This document shows, piece by piece, positions 46,610-53,330 of a stretch of DNA of 53,330 nucleotides. Every line of letters begins with the position of its first letter. Position 1 is the stretch's first letter. The notes beneath the pieces were generated by a model. It worked only from the letters and a program-made list of their open reading frames with translations. It did not search any database and was not told where the DNA came from. This stretch comes from a virus (taxonomy: Duplodnaviria > Caudoviricetes), in the IMG/VR virus record IMGVR_UViG_3300032323_001444, positions 1 to 53,330 of that record. One strand, written 5' to 3'. Both the position numbers and the translations under genes were made by a program.

Positions 46610-47922
46610 AGTCCACCAAAACTCAACTCACTAAACGCACCAATGGCAGGTCTGTATTCAAGGGACACTGTTCCAATCGGGCCGTTTCGATTCTTGCGGA
46701 TGATAACTTCAATCTCATCTACAGGTGATGGCTCTATCGCAGAGTAGTAACTCGCACGGTACAAGAATGCAACGACGTCTGCATCAGATTCAATATCACC
46801 TGACTCTCGTAGATCTGGCAGTGTTGGTCGCTTATCATCGCGCTTATCACTAGCCCTATTCAGTGATGAGAGTATCAGTACAGGTATATCCAGTTCCCTG
46901 GCTAACTGTTTCACACCACGACTAACAGCTCCTATCTCAGTAATTCTGTTCACGCCCTTAGTTTCCACCATCTGTAGAAAGTCTATGACCACAAAGTCTA
47001 GGCCATTCTTTTCTTTGAATCGAATGCATAGACTTCGTATGTCGGACATAGACATTGGATTCTTTGCGGCTACGAATAAAGGCGCATCGAATAAGTTAGC
47101 CCTGGCTCCCCTTAGGTGCAGTATCTCTGACTCTGTAAGCTTGTTGTTTGAGATGCGACGCAAGTCGATGCGCGACTCTAGTGATAGTAACCTATGGATA
47201 GTCATCTGCATCGACATCTCGATAGACATAAACAAAGTCTTTGCGTTCTGATTGCTGGCGTTACGAGCTAACGCCATAGCGAACGCACTTTTACCCATCG
47301 ATGGCCGGGCGCCAAGTACTATCATCTCTCCTTTGCGCCATCCGCCAACCATGTCGTCCAATGCTTTGTATCCACTGCTTATCCCTGAGACTTTATGATC
47401 ATCCTTTCGACTTGCAGTATCATCGATAGCTTCCGCTATATGGTCATCGACATGGTGTACTTCAACGTTACCGCCCTTGGTGATGGAACCCATCAATAAC
47501 GATGACTGGTCGATGATCTCCTGTGGTTCGTGTTCCCCTTTGTATCCAAGGTCTATTATCTCCATCGAATGTTCGATGATTCTGCGTAAGTCTGCGTCAC
47601 GCCTAACGATCTTGGCATAGTACTCAGCGTTAGATGTAGTCGGGACAAACTCGCCGACCTGCATCAAGAATGCAATACCACCTACTTTGTCTAGGTCAGA
47701 GTTTGAGTTTAGTGTGTCGATCGTAGACACAATGTCTATTGGGTTGTTGTCGTTAGTTATCCTTACAAACGCATCGTAGATAACACCGTGTGCGTTCCTG
47801 TAAAAACTGCCACCATCAGGGATGTAAGGTTGTACCTTAGATAAAACAGGCGCTCCCCCCAAAAGGATCGCGCCTAGTAATGCCATCTCACTCTCAATAC
47901 TGTGAGGTGGTGGATTAGTCAT
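46606..47922 (-). CDS. dnaB: Replicative DNA helicase
   Basis: PPHSIESE, GARPSMGKS, SIEMS, VIDFLQ, DLRESGDIESDAD, KNRNGPIG. Confidence 0.97.
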   Translation of the reverse strand: MTNPPPHSIESEMALLGAILLGGAPVLSKVQPYIPDGGSFYRNAHGVIYDAFVRITNDNNPIDIVSTIDTLNSNSDLDKVGGIAFLMQVGEFVPTTSNAEYYAKIVRRDADLRRIIEHSMEIIDLGYKGEHEPQEIIDQSSLLMGSITKGGNVEVHHVDDHIAEAIDDTASRKDDHKVSGISSGYKALDDMVGGWRKGEMIVLGARPSMGKSAFAMALARNASNQNAKTLFMSIEMSMQMTIHRLLSLESRIDLRRISNNKLTESEILHLRGARANLFDAPLFVAAKNPMSMSDIRSLCIRFKEKNGLDFVVIDFLQMVETKGVNRITEIGAVSRGVKQLARELDIPVLILSSLNRASDKRDDKRPTLPDLRESGDIESDADVVAFLYRASYYSAIEPSPVDEIEVIIRKNRNGPIGTVSLEYRPAIGAFSELSFGGL

Positions 47923-48229
47923 AGAACCCCCATTCGTCGGTCCGATCCTCATGTTGTCCGAAGACGAAACCGTTCCTTTGTGCAAATGAATCTAATGTGT
48001 ATTCCATCTTCATTAAAAGCTCGACTGGGTCTACAATGCCGGCCTTTGCTTTCTTTACCATGGAACAATAATGTCGATGAATCTTCCTACTGCAACAGAT
48101 GGCGGTGAAGTCTAGTAATGCCTCCACCGCCACCAGTTCGTCATGTAAACCCTTTAGGCATACACCAGGACTAACCAAGCAATTTTTCCTTCTGCCCATC
48201 GGAGTCTCCAATATGCTTAGCCCAATCAT
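47915..48229 (-). CDS. Hypothetical protein (start uncertain)
   Basis: Fills the gap in the leftward operon; overlaps the dnaB start. Confidence 0.55.
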   Translation of the reverse strand: MIGLSILETPMGRRKNCLVSPGVCLKGLHDELVAVEALLDFTAICCSRKIHRHYCSMVKKAKAGIVDPVELLMKMEYTLDSFAQRNGFVFGQHEDRTDEWGFYD

Positions 48230-48704
48230 TCATGGGTTTTGTTAGCAATAATTCATACTTATTGGAGTTTAGCACGGAGGCTAGTGCAGATTGAATAACA
48301 GACTCAAAGCGTTCTGGACTTATAGACCCAATGGTTAACCATCCTCCAGCCTGCTTCACTACGTCTGCAACTACTTCGATGTTGGGATTGATCTCCACTA
48401 ATGCTTCAAGCTTCTTCGCACGCATTGCCAATGGCTGATGCAAGATTATCGACCTAATCTCATTTGAGATGCGATTGATATCCATACCCTCAAAGATAAT
48501 GTCAAACGCTATGTTACGCAGCTCGAATGGTGATGGCCTAAAGTTACATCGCGTTACTGCTGCTTTTGTTACAGCCTTGACTACATCATCGGACCAATCA
48601 CTCATTGCTAGGGCATACAGCCCTGACGATCGCTCATCCCATTCTTGCTTAGATGGCATTGCAGACATGAAGTTAGCAAATGCTACAAACGTTTTCTCAG
48701 TCAC
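48171..48704 (-). CDS. Putative helicase loader/inhibitor (SPP1 G39P-like N-terminus)
   Basis: FRPSPFEL motif; between initiator and dnaB; GAGGAGG RBS before GTG 48704. Confidence 0.55.
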   Translation of the reverse strand: MTEKTFVAFANFMSAMPSKQEWDERSSGLYALAMSDWSDDVVKAVTKAAVTRCNFRPSPFELRNIAFDIIFEGMDINRISNEIRSIILHQPLAMRAKKLEALVEINPNIEVVADVVKQAGGWLTIGSISPERFESVIQSALASVLNSNKYELLLTKPMNDWAKHIGDSDGQKEKLLG

Positions 48705-49020
48705 TAATAACCTCCTCGATAATTTCCTTGACTTCAGCCTCATCGTAATCTGTCAGATCCTTGATGAATCTAAGCTCTTCTTCTGTTGGTTGCCTGATTC
48801 CCACTTCAGTGCAAGCAACATCGACGCCTACATTCAAACGCACTAACCGAACAGCATCTGAAACCATCTCGACAATCTCTTTAATGTTGTCGCATTCGAC
48901 TGTAACAGTTCGCGTGAAGTGATCGATATTAGAACTATAGCAATCAACATCGCTTAGCTCCTCCCAACGATAAACCAACCTATGAAACGGATAACTTTTG
49001 TATGTGTCTGGATCGTACAT
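48697..49020 (-). CDS. Acidic hypothetical protein (start MYDPDTY)
   Basis: GAGAGG RBS; in operon. Confidence 0.65.
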   Translation of the reverse strand: MYDPDTYKSYPFHRLVYRWEELSDVDCYSSNIDHFTRTVTVECDNIKEIVEMVSDAVRLVRLNVGVDVACTEVGIRQPTEEELRFIKDLTDYDEAEVKEIIEEVISD

Positions 49021-49060
49021 ATAACCTCTCCCCATTTGTTTATACACCAGCAGGCAAGTA

Positions 49061-49924
49061 TCAGTCAATACCCTTTGCTGCCCTGATCGCACTAAGCGCG
49101 CTTTGAGATACGACTCCAGATGAACCTAGAGTGTTGGCTGTAGCCCAATGGCTCCAAAGAGCGTGCATCGTTACCATGTCTCTATTCTTCCACTTGCGAA
49201 TCAGTACCGACGTTGCACGTTGTACGTCATCTGCGGTTACACCCTTGTGGACCATCTGTCGAAGCACGATATGCGCTTTCTTCCATTCAGCTAGGGTGTA
49301 CTCATCGTCTAGTTCTGGATACACGGTATGCCTCCAGGCTAAGAACAAAGGCAGCGCTGGATCGTCATCTTTAGGCATAGATGTAGTCTTTTTAGATCTT
49401 GGGGGAATTATAGGGGGTTTATTTATATTTAATAGGCCTACCGAATTACAAGGCTTACTATAGTGTCCCTCAAAATTTAGGGTACCCCCTCCCTCAGAAT
49501 TTACAGGAGGGTCAGAATCTACAGTACCCTCGAACCATTCGACCTCATCTGCGGTCGGCAGTAAGACGTGTAGGTTTTCCATAGGGCTGCCGTCAGAGCC
49601 ATTCCTGTGCTTCACAATCAGAATGCGCTGCTCGCCGATTTTGACCGTACAGAGGCGCTTTATAGCGGATCTGACAGTTGACTCGGATATGCCACAGTTC
49701 TTGGCTATTTCGCCCACAGGGACGACCACAGCGGGTGTCTTCGGTGTCATCTGGTAAATGAGATACGTAAACACCATCCAATCTGTAGGTTGAAAGGACT
49801 TCAAGTGTTCCTTGAAGTCCCCGTACATACTTAGATTCGTAACAGCAATGTCACGGTTATCACCGCGAAAATGCCCGAATGTAACAGCTATCATCCAATG
49901 CTCCTCAATGGGCAGCGTTCGCAC
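49061..49924 (-). CDS. Replication initiator with winged HTH
   Basis: EIAKNCGISESTVRSAIKRL; PPIIP linker; internal iterons; upstream of loader and dnaB. Confidence 0.75.
   Translation of the reverse strand: MRTLPIEEHWMIAVTFGHFRGDNRDIAVTNLSMYGDFKEHLKSFQPTDWMVFTYLIYQMTPKTPAVVVPVGEIAKNCGISESTVRSAIKRLCTVKIGEQRILIVKHRNGSDGSPMENLHVLLPTADEVEWFEGTVDSDPPVNSEGGGTLNFEGHYSKPCNSVGLLNINKPPIIPPRSKKTTSMPKDDDPALPLFLAWRHTVYPELDDEYTLAEWKKAHIVLRQMVHKGVTADDVQRATSVLIRKWKNRDMVTMHALWSHWATANTLGSSGVVSQSALSAIRAAKGID
49418..49535. repeat. Putative replication origin (iterons plus AT-rich tract)
   Basis: CCCTCAAAATTTA 49467, CCCTCAGAATTTA 49491, TCAGAATCTA 49512; TTTATTTATATTTAATA 49418-49434. Confidence 0.6.
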
Positions 49925-50463
49925 GTCTCAACAACATCCTCGTCACGTTGACACTTCGCGTATGCTTTCAGTACGTCTGTTGCTTCCTTCGGACTGATTC
50001 CAGCCGGGACGATAACCGTCTCGATGTTGCGTGGATTAGCAGGCTTACCGTCAATGTATTCCTTCATCTCATCCAAGGTCCATTCGTGTTGCTCTGCAAG
50101 CGTTAGAGCTGTAATTTGCTCGTCCTTAGGTAACTTAGCTGCCAGCCGGTGATGGCTCCAGGTGATCTCTGTTTTCCTATTCTCAATTGGGACAGCTGCT
50201 GATACCCAAGAGTAGTTAGCAAGTGCTTGATAGGTAAGGCCGGTGACTTCCATAGCCTGCGAATACTTCTCCCCGTACCTTGAGTTTCCGTAGTTAAGTG
50301 CGTCACCAATCGAGAATTGAATTGCTTTCTCGAGGCGGGTAAGCGTACCCATCAACCGGATCCAGTCACTCTCGTCTAGCTGACCGCTAAACGTAACACC
50401 AACGTCGCTGATGTGGATTGCATCAGGGATGCTGGCAATCCGTACGACTTCTTCTCTATTCAT
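49891..50463 (-). CDS. LmbU-family DNA-binding protein
   Basis: IGDALNYG..RYGEKYSQA..TGL.YQ.L.NY.WV...ITWSHH. Confidence 0.75.
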   Translation of the reverse strand: MNREEVVRIASIPDAIHISDVGVTFSGQLDESDWIRLMGTLTRLEKAIQFSIGDALNYGNSRYGEKYSQAMEVTGLTYQALANYSWVSAAVPIENRKTEITWSHHRLAAKLPKDEQITALTLAEQHEWTLDEMKEYIDGKPANPRNIETVIVPAGISPKEATDVLKAYAKCQRDEDVVETCERCPLRSIG

Positions 50464-50590
50464 TGTCATACCCTTCCTGTTTTGCATTCATCCATCGGTC
50501 TACACTCGTGGCTATGTAGGCTAGGACGAGAATGGGCGTGAACAAAATGATCACGCCCACTACAGTTACAGCGACTAGTACGCTACTCAC
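50456..50590 (-). CDS. 44-aa single-TM peptide (MSSVLVAVTVVGVIILFTPILVLAYIA...)
   Basis: GTG start; fills the gap between the Gam-like and LmbU-like genes. Confidence 0.55.
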   Translation of the reverse strand: MSSVLVAVTVVGVIILFTPILVLAYIATSVDRWMNAKQEGYDNE

Positions 50591-51191
50591 TGGCTATGGT
50601 TTTAATAGCAACGGTCCGCGCTCCACGTTCGACGGACAACCCATGAATAATAGCAAAGCCTTCGTCATCAAACATCTTGGTCTTCATCTCATCAGTCATC
50701 TGACTAACGAGGAAGCTTTTCTTGATTGACACTGCGCTAGGACAAAAGTCCTCAGCCCACAAGATCGCAGACTCAGGGTTTGTTACAACAACCTTGTCCT
50801 TGGTCTCACGCAACACGATGTCACCAAATGGTAACCGCATCGTCTTAGTCTTCAAGTTGCCACTCTTATCGCGTGGCAGGTTTTCTTCAGCCCAGTTCCC
50901 TAGCTGGTCAGCGTACATGGATTCGATGCGCTCGATCCTAGATGTAAGACCGCGCAGCATGCGACTCTCCTGCTCAACGATGCGCTTGATGACCTCGCGT
51001 TGTGCCTTGATCTGCGCACACGTCTTAGCATGCAGGCGCATGACAACATGCACGTCGTCATCTGTTTCAATGCTGGCTGGAAGCCAGCCCCCTTTGGGGC
51101 CGGCCCACTCGCCTGTCTCGGGATGGTACAGGTGTACGCGTCCCTCTTCGTCGGGTATCTCTACCCATTCAATCTCTGTTACTTCTTCCAT
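50583..51191 (-). CDS. Mu Gam-like host-nuclease inhibitor
   Basis: Coiled coil followed by KTMRLPFGDIVLR; adjacent to ERF. Confidence 0.7.
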   Translation of the reverse strand: MEEVTEIEWVEIPDEEGRVHLYHPETGEWAGPKGGWLPASIETDDDVHVVMRLHAKTCAQIKAQREVIKRIVEQESRMLRGLTSRIERIESMYADQLGNWAEENLPRDKSGNLKTKTMRLPFGDIVLRETKDKVVVTNPESAILWAEDFCPSAVSIKKSFLVSQMTDEMKTKMFDDEGFAIIHGLSVERGARTVAIKTIASE

Positions 51192-51886
51192 TACTTACCT
51201 CCAACTGCTACTACATGGTTTTCCATGAACTGATAGAACGCATCCCATGTCTTATGTGCTGTAACCATAGCGATGGCATCCTGTAAAGCTTTGCCGCCTA
51301 AAGGAACATCGCCCATCAATGTGATGAACACTTCCCTAGCCGTGTCAGCAGTTATGTCCGAATGCAGAGCCTTCAACGCAGCAAAGAATTGTTTGCGCAA
51401 TGTGGAATCATCAATCGCAGGAGTGACATCAGCCTTAGCAGTAACCTTGACTTGTTGTGGTTGCTGTTGTCGATGCTGTGGAACAGCAGCATTACCATCA
51501 TCATCATTGTCAGTACTGATCGCCAGGATGGCAGCAGCACCATAGCGGCGGCCATACGTCAATGCGGATCCTACTGCATGGGCATCCTGCTTGTTGACAG
51601 GTACGTACACATGTGTGGCAATCCATTGGCCAGACTTATGAGCCAGAGTCGTAGTGACTTCAAGGCCGCTAATCTTTTCAGTCTGTTCATTCTTGCATCC
51701 CTGAATCAACACTAGGCCATTCTTAGCAAGGATTGGCCTGACAGTATCAAGGATATTATCCAACGTCGCGTATTGTGACTTGAAGTGTGGGTTCTTTCCG
51801 TCACGTCCAATGCTGCCCATGTCAGCCTGTGCTGAACAAAGCGCACCAACTAATTCACTAATCTCTTCTGACATCTTCTGAATCAT
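51191..51886 (-). CDS. erf: ERF-family ssDNA annealing protein
   Basis: KNPHFKSQYATL, HKSGQWI, GSALTYGRRY, DDDGN. Confidence 0.93.
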   Translation of the reverse strand: MIQKMSEEISELVGALCSAQADMGSIGRDGKNPHFKSQYATLDNILDTVRPILAKNGLVLIQGCKNEQTEKISGLEVTTTLAHKSGQWIATHVYVPVNKQDAHAVGSALTYGRRYGAAAILAISTDNDDDGNAAVPQHRQQQPQQVKVTAKADVTPAIDDSTLRKQFFAALKALHSDITADTAREVFITLMGDVPLGGKALQDAIAMVTAHKTWDAFYQFMENHVVAVGGK

Positions 51887-52617
51887 TTGTTTTTCCCTTC
51901 ATCGATCTTGGAAAGCAAAGCTTCCTCAGGATCACCACCAATATCTTGCATTTCTACTTCAGCGAACAATCTCATATTGATTGCTAAGTCTCGCGCATCA
52001 TAATCAGCGCCACGGTAGAAGATTGTGTTTACCTCATGCTTCATGGCTAGGAGTACTACCTCACCTAAGTTGGTGTTTACGAATTCAAAGTCGTTCCAAC
52101 CAAGTTCGCATTCACCTGACTTACGAATTATCTCCATGCATGCAGCGTAGTCACGAGCATCTGGTGTCAGGTACATGACACTTCCATTACTCACGTACGG
52201 CTTGTTGTTGTATGCGATGTACCCTGCTGGCTCTACTGGACTTGGGAACAGCGGACCGCCCGGCCAGCATCGTAGGTTTGACACAGTGTAATCTGCGCCA
52301 CCCCTGATACAGCGAGGTTTCCCCTTGTAGTACACAGTCCGGAAGAGATGAGAGATGGCGCCCCATTGCACGGGCGTTGCATCATAAATGGATACGTCAA
52401 TGTCGTCTACGACATCGTAGGCGTCATGTTTTTCCATAGCTGTTCTAATGCAGCATTCCTTGTCATCACCAACAACGATCAAAGCATTACCATTGATGCT
52501 GCTTGTTACCGCGCTTGGGTAACCATCTTTAATCGACCCAAGGATATACACCGTCTCCAATGACTTTGGTGTTACGAAGAACAGGTCAGTCTTGTCCCAC
52601 TGCCATAAGGTGTCCAT
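51883..52617 (-). CDS. Hypothetical protein
   Basis: 244-aa ORF in operon; ATGA overlap with erf. Confidence 0.7.
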   Translation of the reverse strand: MDTLWQWDKTDLFFVTPKSLETVYILGSIKDGYPSAVTSSINGNALIVVGDDKECCIRTAMEKHDAYDVVDDIDVSIYDATPVQWGAISHLFRTVYYKGKPRCIRGGADYTVSNLRCWPGGPLFPSPVEPAGYIAYNNKPYVSNGSVMYLTPDARDYAACMEIIRKSGECELGWNDFEFVNTNLGEVVLLAMKHEVNTIFYRGADYDARDLAINMRLFAEVEMQDIGGDPEEALLSKIDEGKNK

Positions 52618-53062
52618 TTAGTTTCTCAAACCTTTCTAGATTCTCTAGGGAGATGTCACTCCCATAAGTCTGTTCCACATCTTTGATGACTTCAAACACT
52701 GCACGTACAGAACGGCAGACTTTTGTCATCCCTAAATTGTCAAGGTGTTTCTGTTGTTCGCGGACGCGACCACCTTTGATCTTTAACTCTATAGCTACTG
52801 CAATTGGATGCTTCCACCAAGGCGCGTGAAAGTACAAGTCAGGAGCGCCAGGTGTGTTACCTTGCCATCCTGTAGCATGAGCCATTGACCCACACTTAGC
52901 GCACTTCAACTTCGCTCTGGTCTTGCCTACCTCAATAACGTAATAGCCCAATGCAGCGAATACGTGACGCACCTGCGCCTGAAGCTGAGCTTCTGTCAAT
53001 GGTATACTTCTTTCTATAACCTCCCCCGGCCAGGCTGACTGCTTTGTACTCCCAGCAACCAC
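52586..53062 (-). CDS. VRR-NUC / PD-(D/E)xK nuclease with CxxC insertion
   Basis: TEAQLQ, GAPDL, IELK, GRVREQQ; CAKCG; start uncertain. Confidence 0.8.
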   Translation of the reverse strand: MVAGSTKQSAWPGEVIERSIPLTEAQLQAQVRHVFAALGYYVIEVGKTRAKLKCAKCGSMAHATGWQGNTPGAPDLYFHAPWWKHPIAVAIELKIKGGRVREQQKHLDNLGMTKVCRSVRAVFEVIKDVEQTYGSDISLENLERFEKLNGHLMAVGQD

Positions 53063-53111
53063 GTTAGTCTGGCCAACTATCTACTGGTGTAGAATATCCC
53101 AGTAAGTATTA

Positions 53112-53330
53112 TCAATCAACATCCGTGCGTACATTGTGCGCCCAATTCCACAAGTATTTTGCTATCGTTTGATTCATCTTGTGGCGTGTCTTACTCAGTG
53201 TAATCCCACTCAACTTGAATGCGGTTAGCATGCTACGCCAATCAGGTGCGCGTGTAACCAACTCAAGTACTAACGGATCGTCGCTACATAACCGCACCCA
53301 GCTGCTATGAGCCACCGTTGGATGCATCTC
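53112..53330 (-). CDS. Hypothetical protein, possibly 5'-truncated
   Basis: Frame open to the window edge. Confidence 0.5.
   Translation of the reverse strand, partial: EMHPTVAHSSWVRLCSDDPLVLELVTRAPDWRSMLTAFKLSGITLSKTRHKMNQTIAKYLWNWAHNVRTDVD

Noticed and set aside
1-53330. tRNA genes, IS elements, introns/inteins, alternative genetic code, terminal direct repeat
   Set aside because: None recognised by eye; conserved genes are full-length in the standard code and the two ends do not match

Overview
The window is most or all of a ~53 kb tailed dsDNA phage genome with podovirus-like architecture: TerL, portal, scaffold, HK97-type capsid, adaptors, nozzle and three ejection-type proteins, including a 3299-aa polyvalent protein. 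No tape measure, tail tube, sheath, integrase, DNA polymerase, tRNA or CRISPR array was recognised. Layout: (1) 1-2700, a GC-rich non-coding region with CGCTACCGCG repeats around a leftward cassette of small genes punctuated by identical GAAA-tetraloop hairpins; (2) 2.7-9 kb, accessory genes (MT-A70 methylase, three DUF2829/Tad2-like proteins, HTH proteins, SNase-like nuclease, CHAP endolysin, SSB, ThyX, dUTPase) and two candidate small RNAs; (3) 9-12.5 kb, basic and paralogous proteins; (4) 12.7-46.3 kb, virion genes, including two tandem three-gene tail-appendage modules; (5) 46.2-53.3 kb, a leftward replication/recombination operon (DnaB, loader, initiator with internal iterons, LmbU-like, Gam-like, ERF, VRR-NUC). 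At least six genes appear leaderless (-10 box 6-7 nt before the ATG). The strongest novelty candidates are the putative counter-defence island (three Tad2-like proteins plus two CAAAC-rich sRNAs), the hairpin-punctuated early cassette and the leaderless/palindromic promoter logic. All family assignments come from motif recognition by eye; no database search was run.
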